From: a virus
Virus record (IMG/VR): IMGVR_UViG_3300045988_105999
Coordinates: 1-40,616 of that record
DNA length: 40,616 bases
Reading direction: 5' to 3' (one strand)
The notes beneath the pieces are model-generated. The model had not been told where the DNA came from, made no database searches, and saw only the letters and a program-made list of their open reading frames with translations. Within the stretch, counting starts at the first letter, position 1; each line of letters starts with the position of its first letter. Positions 1 to 9,092 of this stretch are shown one piece after another. The position numbers were made by a program, and so were the translations under genes.

Positions 1-99
1 ATATTGTCAATGGTTTTTTATTGTATTTGCGATTTTTATGTGAGGGAAATATGAACGAGATATTGCTACGTATAGAAGCTTTGCGAAAAGCAAAAAAGA
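1..99. repeat. Terminal direct repeat, copy 1 (identical to 40518-40616)
   Basis: Direct comparison: bases 1-99 equal 40518-40616 base for base, implying a circular or terminally redundant 40,517-bp unit. Confidence 0.95.
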
Positions 100-248
100 A
101 AAATGTCACACAATTATGCAAGGAAGTTGGAATTGCACAAAGCACATATGCAACATGGTTAAGGGACGACAGGATTCCACGATCTGATAAGATTCAGTTG
201 TTTGCAGAATATTTTGGCGTTGATGCGACAAGAAAACTGTTTTTGTGA
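51..248 (+). CDS. XRE/Cro-CI type HTH regulator, 65 aa, C-terminus looks cut short
   Basis: ATG 51 follows a GAGGGAAAT RBS. NVTQLCKEVGIAQSTYATWLRDDRIPRSDKIQLFAEYFGV is a typical HTH_3 pattern. The usual family ending is replaced by ATRKLFL-stop. Confidence 0.75.
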   Translation: MNEILLRIEALRKAKKKNVTQLCKEVGIAQSTYATWLRDDRIPRSDKIQLFAEYFGVDATRKLFL

Positions 249-264
249 AAGAGAGGAAGAAGTT

Positions 265-1035
265 ATGAAAAAATATCTTGTTGTGGTTGTTATGGCTTTC
301 TCGGTTATTCTTTGCCCCTCCATGGTATTGGCAGAAGAAACATATACATTTACAGAAGATGAACTTTATGATTACGTGTATGAACAGGTTCACGAAGACC
401 CCGCGGCATACATCACAAAGGAACAACACGCTCGCATACTAGCTATCTTCGCCAAGCGCACACGGAGCACCAAGCGAAAAAAAGTATATCTGTTCGCAGG
501 GCTTATCAAATGCCCTGTATGCGGAAGAACTATGGTGAGCTGTACCATGAACAAGAAAACTCTTGGCTACCGATGCAGACACCATTACACATACCATTGC
601 ACATTTATCCACACCATAACCGAAGAACGCATAGAAAGCTTTCTCCTTGAAAATATAGGCTCGATGCTTGAGCAATACCTGATTTCATACAAAGAACAGA
701 ACAAAGCGAAAAAAAAGCCTGACCCCCGGAAGTTGGAGGACAGGCTCTCTCGATTAAACAACATATACATGATGGGCAACATCTCTGACAGTGAGTACAC
801 GAAAAAGGCAAACGAAATAACGGCTCAAATTGCCGCTATAAAGTGTGCAAACAGCAACGACCTTCCAATCCCCGAAGAGTCCATAAAACTCCTGTCAGAC
901 AAGCGATTTGCCACCTTGTACGCTGACTTGCCACGGGAAAGCCGCAAGGCTCTGTGGATGAGTCTCATTGATTCAATCGAGGTTGAGGGGCTTTACCCGA
1001 AGCAAGTCTTTTTTATCGGTCAGGAAAGCCTCTAA
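265..1035 (+). pseudogene. Large serine recombinase C-terminal remnant (zinc ribbon + coiled coil) fused in frame to a signal-peptide-like leader; catalytic resolvase domain absent
   Basis: ATG 265 follows a GAAAGAGAGG RBS. Leader is MKKYLVVVVMAFSVILCPSMVLA. Then come YLFAGLIKCPVCGRTM..GYRCRHH..YHC (recombinase Zn-ribbon pattern) and LSRLNNIYMMGNISDSEY. No N-terminal Ser-catalytic domain is found anywhere in the window. Confidence 0.6.
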
Positions 1036-1070
1036 CGTACATGACAGTTCTGTTACGTAGATTAGAGGCT
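1027..1070. terminator. Long inverted repeat between convergent genes (possible bidirectional terminator or RNA-end hairpin)
   Basis: AGCCTCTAA (1027-1035) pairs with TTAGAGGCT (1062-1070), with inner CGTA/TACG pairs. Both convergent stop codons lie inside the stem. No U-run. Confidence 0.35.
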
Positions 1071-4000
1071 ATGAAGTCCGAGCTGTGGTTTTCTTACGTA
1101 TCTTTGCCGTCTTGCTCTTGAAACTGGAATCAATAGGGGAATCCCAGTCTTTCAGATTGACAGCACTCACTTTGCCACTATTGGACAGTGCGTCCTTTAC
1201 ATAGCTTTCCCATGACGGCATGTTGGTCTTCTTGGTGGAGGTAGAAGCACTTCCAGAACGTCCGGAACGACGACGACCACTTCTACCATAGCCGCCCCTA
1301 CCTCTGCCAGAGCTGACTTTGTCCAGCTTGACGAAGCCAAGGTAGTTCGGGATACGTCCGTAAGGATTCTTTGCAGAAGATCCCTTGAGGTATTCAAACA
1401 GGCAGGCTTTTTCTGCATTGGACGAAAGCCCCAGACTGTTTATGTAATTCACGAGTTCCTTTTTGTTCAGCTTGCCGTTGCCGTCTTCGTCGCACTGGTA
1501 AACAGACATAAACTTATGCTCCGTCAAAGACTTAAAGGTGTATCCGAAATTTTTCAATCCCACTCCCATGTTGGCTTTCTGTTCACTCAACCCAAGTGCA
1601 CGGTATGTACGCTCCTTGATGTTAAAACCTGCGGCGGAAACAGCTTTGTTCGCAGTGGATGTTGAAACTCCCGCCTTGTTTATGCCGGATGCGATATTAC
1701 ATGAGGCATTAGTGAATTCTTTTCTGTTGCCGCCAGAGTTGAGATACTCTTTTGCTGCCTTTACTTTATCTGTATGGATCCCATAAGCTGTAGCCATTTT
1801 ATCGTTTCCGGACAAAGCGACCGCCATTGCCTTGATATAATAATCAGAAGCGTGCGATCTAGCAATCAGTTTCTCCTTCTGAATGTAAAAGTTGACAAAC
1901 TCTTTATCCGTACCGCCAAGCATTTTGTTTGCTCTGCGTGCTTCTTTGTCGTTTTCTTCATTCTTCGCGATACGATTTGCGGCAAACTTCGCTCCGTAAG
2001 TTTTCAGGTCAGCGCAGGTCTGTCCGATCCAATGAGAGCTGTTCACTTCGGACGATTTCATTTCCCACGTCATGTTTTTGTACGATTTAGCATCAATCAT
2101 AGTCTTTATGACACTCGCCTGCTGTCTCCGGCTTTCTTTTCCGAATTTATATGCTTCATCATAGGTCATGCGTTTGCCGTTGCCGAGATCATAGCTTGGA
2201 TTCCCGGTGAAGTTGTAATAGAAATACTTTTTGTCGTCGCCATCCTCCATATGATTGTAGATAGAAATGATTTCCTTGTCCATTTTTGTGAACTTGATTT
2301 CTTTTGTGGTGGACGGGTTTACAAACGAATGCAACGCCCGAACAACAATGTTGTTCCCAGTCTCCACGTCATTTCCGAATCTATCCACTTTCGGGTTGAG
2401 CAACTCATTTCTAAGCACCGGGACACGGTTTATCATTTTTCGCCGCCACGAATCCCACGACCGAATAAGAGGGTCTTCCTTGGTAGAACGTGTATCCCTT
2501 ACCTTACTGTCAAGTGTGCCAGCTAACTGTGAGGATACCTGCGGTACAAAACCATTAAGATACCCCTGCGGTACAGACCCGAAGAGAGCCTGAAAGGCTG
2601 CGCTGCTCCAGTCAGCTTCGCCGTTGCCCTGATGATAGGCTTGGTCCATGAACGTTTCTATTGTGTCTTTCGGGCCGGACATGAACGACATATCCATCAT
2701 CGGTCCCGTCGCTGCCATCAGTCCGTCCCAGATATCCATAGGCTGAAAACCATCGCCGGTCAATGTTTCCCATGTCTGCGCCCCCATAAAGAACGAAGTC
2801 TGCATCGGTGCTAACCAGTCAATGGTCATGGAATACTCCTTGCCATTCCACAAGTGAATGTTCAGTGAGTAGTCCTGATACCCCATATCCCGGTCATAAT
2901 ATTCATCGCCAGAAACATTTCCTACCTTTACGGTAACAAGTCCGCACTCTGCCATTAATGCGCCTAGTCCAAAAATACCTGTTCCCGTAAGCCCGGTAGC
3001 AAGGTCATGAAGTCCCTGCTTGAACAGCTCTGGATCAGTCTGTTTCCATAACTTCGTAGTAGCTATGACAATCGAAGCAGGGGAAAAATCAATACTTCTC
3101 CTGAATACATTTACCGGCGTTTTTACAAACGGAATAGCATATTCTAATACAGTGTTAGCAATTCTGTATCCTGCCGTTCCGATACCAGTTTTGCCCTTTG
3201 CGCCTTCGGTCTTCTGCTTCAATCCGGTAAGCCACGAACTGAACTTTGTCGTGTCTCTAAAAGTTGCGTATTCCGCCTTAGCGAGAGCGTAATTTCTTGC
3301 CTCGTTTTTCTGCTCCGCTGTCAGATTTTTAATATCCCATCCCTTGGATTCACACTTCCGCACGTAGTTCTTTCTGAACTCTGGTTTGAAGACCAGCATA
3401 TCTTCCTTTTCCAGAAGTTTATAGTTGGCATTTACCAGCTTGCGTAATGCTTTCCATTCGACTGCAGTTACACCTTCCGGTCGTGTAGATTCAATATACC
3501 TATTGACACTTCCGGCATTGTCGTACGCTTCTTTAAATTCGCTGTCCAAGAGTTCCTTGTTCTCTTTGATTGCCCTATGGTTCACCTTTACCATGTCAAC
3601 TTTGCCACCCAGTTTTTTGATGTGGCTTTTTGCAATTTTGTTCATGATAATTTCCAACCCATCGGCCGCGCTTCTAACTGCTTTGAAGGCATAGTTTCCA
3701 ACAATATTCCTCTCATGTGTTTTCAGGTTTCCGAGCATGGACAGATGTCTGATTTCATTGAACTTCTCAAACAGTGTTGCTGGTATCTGTTCCCAGATTT
3801 CCCTGCCGATTTCATCCATCACATCCGCGACTTCATCATCGCTCGCATTAAGGATGCGCTGCACTTGGTCTTCTGTCAGCTTCAGTTTACCGTCTTTCAT
3901 CCTGCCGCCGTACCTGCTGTTCAGTCGGTCGATGTCTTTCAGAGCCATCCGTATTTTTCCTTCTGGCGTAGTTTTAACCAGCAGCTTTGCCGCGTTGAGT

Positions 4001-7000
4001 GCACGACCGCTGAAAGATGCCAGCTCGTTAGCTTTCTCCAGTACGTTCATCATCTGTTCTGCGGCAGCCTTATCCCCAGCCTCAAAACGTCTGGAAAGTT
4101 CTTCTGACAGTGCCCGGGCTCTTGCGAAAGCAACATGAGCATCTTTATCCGGCAGTCCATTCAGCATATCAGTGTCAAGGAAGTTTTTGTAGCACCGCAT
4201 GAAATCGTCCGTGATTTCTCTTTCTACGTATGCTTTGGCATCTGCCTGTGTGTATCCTTTTGCCTTGTTGAACACGCCATCCGCAGCCTTTTCATCAAAG
4301 ATGGTTTCCAGCTCCTCTTTTCCTTCAACGAAAAGTTTTCTGGCCTTAGTGGCATTACGTCCCATCTCACCATCAGAAGCTACTTTGCGAACGTCTTTCA
4401 TAATATCAGATACCGGCGGATTTTCTTTCTTTATCTGTTCCCCGGCAGTCTTTGCCATAACGACTTTGTCAGCATTGTCGTAAGCTGCCTTAGACTCTGC
4501 CATCCAGTTTTCCTGTGCTTTTGGATCTTTTTCGATTTTAGCTATGGTCTCTCTCTGCACCTTGGATACAGGCGTGTTCTCTACCATATCCATAGCCTTC
4601 TGCGGGCTTGTTCCCATCTTCTGCAGCTGATCCAGAATATCATCATCTGTGAAGCCGTTTTTCCGCATGGAGTCAATGTGACGCACGATTGCTTCATCGT
4701 TGGCTTTCACCATCTGCCTTGCTTCTTCGGATTTTGCAATCGGTTCAGCAGATTTTACATTATATGCCCCTGCGTCGATTGCTTCATTGAAGTTTTTAAC
4801 AGTGGCATCTGATACTTCTTTACCCACACGTTTGCTGATATACGCTTCGTTTGCCGGAACTTTTTCTCCGAGAATATCTGTATACCCATTACGCAGCCGT
4901 TCATCAAGAAGCAGCTCGATTCTCTTTGAAACAGCATTGTCAGCCTTAGAACCGCCTTCTATAATGTCATTTAGCCCTTTTTCAATCTGCTTATAACTAT
5001 ACTTGTACTCGTCACGCAGGAATGCTATATCGTCGGTAGTCATTCTGGAAGTACCAAAATATCCGCCGGAGTATCCGTTGTTCTCATTTACAACAGGTGA
5101 AAAAGTCTTTTCGCCTTTCACACTCTCATTAAGGTCTCTAAGCATTATCCTTGCTTCGTCCTGAATGTGTTCCTTTAATTCCGGGTTTTCATTCGCGATA
5201 GCTTTAACATTCCTTTTCGAAACATCCTTCATGGTTCTCTTAGGTGCAGGAGCACTCGCTCCGGAACGTTCCTTTACTGCATTATAGTTATCCAGAAGCT
5301 GTACCGCTTCATCAAACTGTGCCGGTGTTAAATCATCAAATGACTTCGCATTAAAGTAATTCAGAATGTCTTCCTGCGAAACGGCTCTCGTTGTAGCCGG
5401 AACGTCTTCTGCTTTCAAGTTTGCAATACGTTCCGCATTGTTTGCGTCACGCTTTGCTACGTCTGCCGCTGTGAGAGACTTCACTTCTGGCAGGGCTGTA
5501 AACGGTTTTTCCTGCTTTGCCCGAAGTTCGTCTACCGCTCTCTGTCCGGCTCTTTCAGCTACCGTGTTTCTTGCCTGTGCTACAGCTCTTTGCAGAAACT
5601 TTGACTCTGCTGGAGTCAGCTCAATTCCAGATTTCTGTTTTGCCAGAATTTTGACGGTCTTCTGCATATCCTTGGATGCCAGCTTGCTTACAGCTTTTGT
5701 TCCAATATCCAATCCGCCGCCGACCACGAGGTCCATCCCTGTATTCATTCCAAAAGTCTTTGCAGCTTCGCCCCAGTGCACCTTGCCGTTATCATCCGTC
5801 GCTGTTTTGATTGCATCGGAAGCGTTGAGCGGGGACGATATAGTCGCATCCGCCACACGACCCGCCACAAACCGTTTAAACGCCGTTGTGCCGTTCTTTT
5901 CTGCGGTTTTGGCAGCATTCTTCGATGCGGTGGAAATCATCGCTCTAGTCGCATCGTCAAGCTCTCCACGTACAAGCTTCTTTGCCGTGCCCTTACCAGT
6001 TACTTTCAGTCCGGTCTTTGCACCGTTCTTTACCAATGCCTTTGAAGTCTGCTTTGCTCCCATCTTTTTCAGCACTGCTTTTGCTACGCCAGATTCTCCG
6101 GCACCCAGTCCGCCGCCGATGAAGAATGAGCCAACCTGTCCGCCCATATACCCGGCTTTATACGCCTTGGAATTTTTCGACTTCTGGTTCTGGTACTTTT
6201 CTGCATTCGTGTATGTTCCTGAGCCCATTCTATCAAGCTCGATCGGAAGTAGATTCATACCCTCCATAGCACCATGTGCAGCTTTTCCTTTGTGCAACGC
6301 CGCAGTATTCAAACTACCTACTGTCTTGGCAAGATACTTTCCTAGTGCCGCATTCTTCGCTTTAGTACTAGGCATACGCTCAGCGTTCTGCAGGCGCAGA
6401 TACTCGTCACTGGTAAGATTGCGGTATTTCAACCTATTCGGCAGTGCCTTGTCGATTTTCTTGTCGATGCTCTTCTTTGCATACGGCATGACCTGCTTGA
6501 TAACCTGTTTTTTCTGTGCTTCCGAAAGATTGCCGTATTTATCCTTTTTGCTCAGCTCCTTATTGATTTCGCTGTATGTTGCTGCATAGGCGGCGGCTTT
6601 TGTCAATCCCCTCTGCATGCCGTTATTCGTCTTGTAGGATTTGGTCTTGACCTTTGCACCGAGAGCGTCTATCTTTTTCGCCTTTGCTACAGCTTGCTTA
6701 CCGTCAGCACGCAATTTATCACGCCAAGTAGACACCTTCTTTTTCTGCGCTGCAACCTGCGTCTTCTTATTTCGCATCTTGGTAAGCTGTAAAGATGCCT
6801 GCGCCACTTTCTGTGCCGCCTGACGCTTTCTTTTTTTTTCCTCTGCAGCTTTTGCTGCTGCATTCTGCAAAGCTCTTACTGTAGCCTGTGCAGCCTTGGC
6901 AGCATCAGCAGACGCAGAAGTTTTCTTCTTCGTGTTCTTTGGGTTTACCCGCTTCGCTGCTTTCTTGGTCTGTTTTGCAACACGCCGGACAAGAGAGCCG

Positions 7001-7035
7001 ATAGAAGCAAACGACGTTTTCTTTTTCTTAGCCAT
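1069..7035 (-). CDS. Giant 1,988-aa protein of unknown function (candidate packaged ejection/pilot or polyvalent protein)
   Basis: Uninterrupted 5,967-nt ORF. ATG 7035 follows a GAGAGGGG RBS. Lys/Ala-rich N-terminus, Gly-rich hydrophobic segments, EF-hand loop, RGG tail. Last gene of the late block. Confidence 0.85.
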   Translation of the reverse strand: MAKKKKTSFASIGSLVRRVAKQTKKAAKRVNPKNTKKKTSASADAAKAAQATVRALQNAAAKAAEEKKRKRQAAQKVAQASLQLTKMRNKKTQVAAQKKKVSTWRDKLRADGKQAVAKAKKIDALGAKVKTKSYKTNNGMQRGLTKAAAYAATYSEINKELSKKDKYGNLSEAQKKQVIKQVMPYAKKSIDKKIDKALPNRLKYRNLTSDEYLRLQNAERMPSTKAKNAALGKYLAKTVGSLNTAALHKGKAAHGAMEGMNLLPIELDRMGSGTYTNAEKYQNQKSKNSKAYKAGYMGGQVGSFFIGGGLGAGESGVAKAVLKKMGAKQTSKALVKNGAKTGLKVTGKGTAKKLVRGELDDATRAMISTASKNAAKTAEKNGTTAFKRFVAGRVADATISSPLNASDAIKTATDDNGKVHWGEAAKTFGMNTGMDLVVGGGLDIGTKAVSKLASKDMQKTVKILAKQKSGIELTPAESKFLQRAVAQARNTVAERAGQRAVDELRAKQEKPFTALPEVKSLTAADVAKRDANNAERIANLKAEDVPATTRAVSQEDILNYFNAKSFDDLTPAQFDEAVQLLDNYNAVKERSGASAPAPKRTMKDVSKRNVKAIANENPELKEHIQDEARIMLRDLNESVKGEKTFSPVVNENNGYSGGYFGTSRMTTDDIAFLRDEYKYSYKQIEKGLNDIIEGGSKADNAVSKRIELLLDERLRNGYTDILGEKVPANEAYISKRVGKEVSDATVKNFNEAIDAGAYNVKSAEPIAKSEEARQMVKANDEAIVRHIDSMRKNGFTDDDILDQLQKMGTSPQKAMDMVENTPVSKVQRETIAKIEKDPKAQENWMAESKAAYDNADKVVMAKTAGEQIKKENPPVSDIMKDVRKVASDGEMGRNATKARKLFVEGKEELETIFDEKAADGVFNKAKGYTQADAKAYVEREITDDFMRCYKNFLDTDMLNGLPDKDAHVAFARARALSEELSRRFEAGDKAAAEQMMNVLEKANELASFSGRALNAAKLLVKTTPEGKIRMALKDIDRLNSRYGGRMKDGKLKLTEDQVQRILNASDDEVADVMDEIGREIWEQIPATLFEKFNEIRHLSMLGNLKTHERNIVGNYAFKAVRSAADGLEIIMNKIAKSHIKKLGGKVDMVKVNHRAIKENKELLDSEFKEAYDNAGSVNRYIESTRPEGVTAVEWKALRKLVNANYKLLEKEDMLVFKPEFRKNYVRKCESKGWDIKNLTAEQKNEARNYALAKAEYATFRDTTKFSSWLTGLKQKTEGAKGKTGIGTAGYRIANTVLEYAIPFVKTPVNVFRRSIDFSPASIVIATTKLWKQTDPELFKQGLHDLATGLTGTGIFGLGALMAECGLVTVKVGNVSGDEYYDRDMGYQDYSLNIHLWNGKEYSMTIDWLAPMQTSFFMGAQTWETLTGDGFQPMDIWDGLMAATGPMMDMSFMSGPKDTIETFMDQAYHQGNGEADWSSAAFQALFGSVPQGYLNGFVPQVSSQLAGTLDSKVRDTRSTKEDPLIRSWDSWRRKMINRVPVLRNELLNPKVDRFGNDVETGNNIVVRALHSFVNPSTTKEIKFTKMDKEIISIYNHMEDGDDKKYFYYNFTGNPSYDLGNGKRMTYDEAYKFGKESRRQQASVIKTMIDAKSYKNMTWEMKSSEVNSSHWIGQTCADLKTYGAKFAANRIAKNEENDKEARRANKMLGGTDKEFVNFYIQKEKLIARSHASDYYIKAMAVALSGNDKMATAYGIHTDKVKAAKEYLNSGGNRKEFTNASCNIASGINKAGVSTSTANKAVSAAGFNIKERTYRALGLSEQKANMGVGLKNFGYTFKSLTEHKFMSVYQCDEDGNGKLNKKELVNYINSLGLSSNAEKACLFEYLKGSSAKNPYGRIPNYLGFVKLDKVSSGRGRGGYGRSGRRRSGRSGSASTSTKKTNMPSWESYVKDALSNSGKVSAVNLKDWDSPIDSSFKSKTAKIRKKTTARTS
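1456..1491 (-). other. Canonical EF-hand type Ca-binding loop within the giant ORF
   Basis: GAC GAA GAC GGC AAC GGC AAG CTG AAC AAA AAG GAA encodes DEDGNGKLNKKE, which fits D-x-[DNS]-x-[DNS]-G-x-[ILV]-x-x-x-E. Confidence 0.5.
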
Positions 7036-7048
7036 GATTTACCCCTCT

Positions 7049-7618
7049 CTAATAGCCTTTTGCATATGTGGTAAGGTAATTGATTCGAGCCTGAATGATT
7101 GCCCTTTCCTGGTCTGTTGTTGCAGAACTGTAAGCTCTCTGCAAAGAGCCTGTGTCATAATAAGCACCATACTTCGCCTGCAAAAGGTCAAGAGCAGCAG
7201 CTTTATTGTCCGCCTGCTGGTTCTGTGCGAGCTGTCTATCCTCGGCTTCTCTCTGTTCAATGTAATTGATTTTCGCCTGATCCGTTGTCTGCTTATAGTT
7301 GAAAAGGTTATCCGCCGCCTGTGCATCAATGTCCTGCAGTGCTCTGGACTTTTCCTTGTTCATGTCGTTTCTGTTGTTCTCGTAGTTTGTTGCAAGCTTT
7401 AAATGAGACGTCTCTGTTGCCCCGCCTCGGATACCGGATTTCTTGAGATTCTCATTCAGATTTTTCTCATTCTGCATCCGGGAAATGTACGCTTCTTTCA
7501 GCTTTGAATTATAATCTTCCGTGGTCTGCTGTTTCTTTTTCGCAGTATCCTCTTCATTCTTTTTCCTGTACTCATCGTACAGATTGTCATATCTTTTTAA
7601 CTCGGTTTCGTATGCCAT
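7049..7618 (-). CDS. Hypothetical coiled-coil protein, 189 aa
   Basis: ATG 7618 has a GGAGGATAAC RBS; the track ORF extends to 7708 without an RBS. Asn/Gln/Lys-rich. Only 13 nt upstream of the giant ORF. Confidence 0.75.
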   Translation of the reverse strand: MAYETELKRYDNLYDEYRKKNEEDTAKKKQQTTEDYNSKLKEAYISRMQNEKNLNENLKKSGIRGGATETSHLKLATNYENNRNDMNKEKSRALQDIDAQAADNLFNYKQTTDQAKINYIEQREAEDRQLAQNQQADNKAAALDLLQAKYGAYYDTGSLQRAYSSATTDQERAIIQARINYLTTYAKGY

Positions 7619-7628
7619 GTTATCCTCC

Positions 7629-7662
7629 AAAAAAAGAAAATCCCCGGAGTTTCCCCCCGGGG
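7629..7662 (-). terminator. Intrinsic terminator after the lysis block
   Basis: Minus-strand RNA reads CCCCGG-GGGGAAACU-CCGGGG followed by AUUUUCUUUUUUU. It lies between the 97-aa gene (ends 7674) and the RBS of the 189-aa gene. Confidence 0.7.
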
Positions 7663-7673
7663 CGTATTCTGTT

Positions 7674-7967
7674 TTATTGAGAAGCTCGCTTCCTCTCATA
7701 GGTTTCAATTTTATGTTTTACGTCCTGCTTATACTTGTACGCATCTGCAAGTTCTCCGTTTGGTTTCTTCCCGTAAAGGGTACAGTCAACAAGCTCCTTT
7801 GTGACGCAGAACACGGCGTTGAGTGCCTCAAGGGTAAGTTCCTCCCTTTCTTCTGTTGCCGCGTGTCTCTGCTCTACTTTCTTCTGCTGATGTGTGACTA
7901 CAAGCATTGTCAGACCGGAGAGAATCGACGGGACCGCGGCTATGATGATTGCCTGAATAGTTGTCAT
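7674..7967 (-). CDS. Membrane-anchored protein, 97 aa (lysis-associated by position)
   Basis: AGGAGGAATC RBS. N-terminal TM helix IIIAAVPSILSGLTMLVV followed by a charged helical region. Directly downstream of the endolysin. Confidence 0.7.
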   Translation of the reverse strand: MTTIQAIIIAAVPSILSGLTMLVVTHQQKKVEQRHAATEEREELTLEALNAVFCVTKELVDCTLYGKKPNGELADAYKYKQDVKHKIETYERKRASQ

Positions 7968-7979
7968 GATTCCTCCTGT

Positions 7980-8654
7980 CTACACGTTGATATGTACGGA
8001 TGTACCCATCTGACGGGTATTGGCATAGGCATATTTTGCTCCACATTTATATGCGTAGGATACTACCTGTTTACGCCCTGCGGCGGTATCACAAATGCCT
8101 TTGATATAAATATCTGCCGCCTTGCCCTTCTTGTGGGAAGAGTTCTTATTGCCACCCACCTGTGCGTTATGCCGATTGCACCGCTGCCCGGATCTGATAT
8201 TGACCGGCCGGCCGTAATGCGCCCGGATCTTTTCCAGAATGTTCAGCAGCTTTGCGGACGTATTGCCCGCCGGGTAGCCGTTGCAATATCTGCCGCCGCA
8301 TTTACACTTAAACTCGCTCTTCTTAAAATGTGCGGATGCTCCACCGGATGGCGTTGATACCGTTGTTCTGCCAGGCGACGTACCGCCGCCAATGTATGCC
8401 GTGCTGCCGATCTGTGCGCAGATCCATCCGGACGGGATCTGCACCCACACCTGATTGCCTACGGTCTTGACCGCCTTCGCCGTCACCCGTGTGCCGTTTT
8501 TCAAAACGGCGTAGGTGCCGACCTTTGCGGCTTTTTTGCCGCCCGCCGTCAGCTCCGACCGCTTTTTCTGGCGGTAGTTTGTTCCCGGACCCGTCCGTAC
8601 TTTCAGTCCGGAACTCGCTTTGATCGTATATGTTTTCCCAGTACTAAATGCCAT
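7980..8654 (-). CDS. Endolysin: N-terminal SH3-like wall-binding domain + C-terminal peptidase M15 (D-Ala-D-Ala carboxypeptidase-type)
   Basis: RSGQRCNRHNAQVGGNKNSSHKKGKAADI matches the M15 Zn-peptidase pattern SG.R....N..VGG...S.H..G.A.D. The N-terminus has an SH3-like pattern (GLKVRTGPGTNY...VWVQI). Adjacent to the holin. Confidence 0.8.
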   Translation of the reverse strand: MAFSTGKTYTIKASSGLKVRTGPGTNYRQKKRSELTAGGKKAAKVGTYAVLKNGTRVTAKAVKTVGNQVWVQIPSGWICAQIGSTAYIGGGTSPGRTTVSTPSGGASAHFKKSEFKCKCGGRYCNGYPAGNTSAKLLNILEKIRAHYGRPVNIRSGQRCNRHNAQVGGNKNSSHKKGKAADIYIKGICDTAAGRKQVVSYAYKCGAKYAYANTRQMGTSVHINV

Positions 8655-8656
8655 GA

Positions 8657-8929
8657 TTACACCTCCTCTTCCAGACAGTCAGATCCATCACCGTCTTCCT
8701 GGAGAGCCTTCTTATACCCCTGCGCCTCCTTGGCGGTTCTGGTGATGTTGTTGTTCTTCCACCACACCCAAATAACTGACAGCCCTGTTGCGATCTGTAA
8801 CGCGATGTCAGAAAATGCCGATTCATCAAACGGGATAGGATTCAGCCCCTTCGCTGTCAGCACCGTGTTAAACGCCAAGATCGCCGCTACCAGCAGCCGT
8901 ATGAACGCTTTTAGTGTTTCATTTTTCAT
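8657..8929 (-). CDS. Holin, 90 aa, two TM helices and a charged C-terminus
   Basis: TM1 is AFIRLLVAAILAFNTVL and TM2 is IALQIATGLSVIWVWW. A WWKNNNITRTAKEAQ motif is typical of Gram-positive phage holins. Acidic tail. Immediately upstream of the endolysin. Confidence 0.8.
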   Translation of the reverse strand: MKNETLKAFIRLLVAAILAFNTVLTAKGLNPIPFDESAFSDIALQIATGLSVIWVWWKNNNITRTAKEAQGYKKALQEDGDGSDCLEEEV

Positions 8930-8932
8930 GAT

Positions 8933-9079
8933 TTACACCTCCTGTTTTTTCAGTAACCCGATCAGTTCATTGTACTGATCTTCCGTGATTTTTCCGGCTG
9001 CAAAGAATACGTCGATTCGTTCTTCCGGCCCTTCCGTTTTCCCCAACTCAATCAGTCTTTTCAACACTCTGTATAGCAT
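8933..9079 (-). CDS. XkdX-like small protein, 48 aa (not in ORF track)
   Basis: ATG 9079 follows an AAGGAG RBS. MLYRVLKRLIELGKTEGPEERIDVFFAAGKITEDQYNELIGLLKKQEV has the ..G.IT.E.Y.E.. ending typical of XkdX family proteins that precede holins. Confidence 0.6.
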   Translation of the reverse strand: MLYRVLKRLIELGKTEGPEERIDVFFAAGKITEDQYNELIGLLKKQEV

Positions 9080-9092
9080 TTCATGCTCCTTT

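Noticed and set aside
1538-6823. Many long plus-strand ORFs (for example 5366-6589 at 407 aa, 1774-2526 at 250 aa, 4135-4812 at 225 aa) antisense to the giant gene
   Set aside because: They lie entirely inside the uninterrupted 1,988-aa minus-strand ORF. They have no RBS and a low-complexity Ser/Phe/Ala/Leu composition typical of shadow frames of a Lys/Ala/Glu-rich gene.
1069-7035. Giant ORF as a tape-measure protein
   Set aside because: It lies after the lysis cassette and behind a terminator. There are no adjacent tail tube, sheath or frameshifted chaperone genes, and the fibre genes are upstream rather than downstream. The length alone would imply a ~300-nm tail. This is retained only as a refutation condition.
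7521-8357. 278-aa plus-strand ORF across the lysis region
   Set aside because: It is antisense to well-supported endolysin and membrane-protein genes. It has no RBS and an implausible Cys/Phe/Leu-rich sequence.
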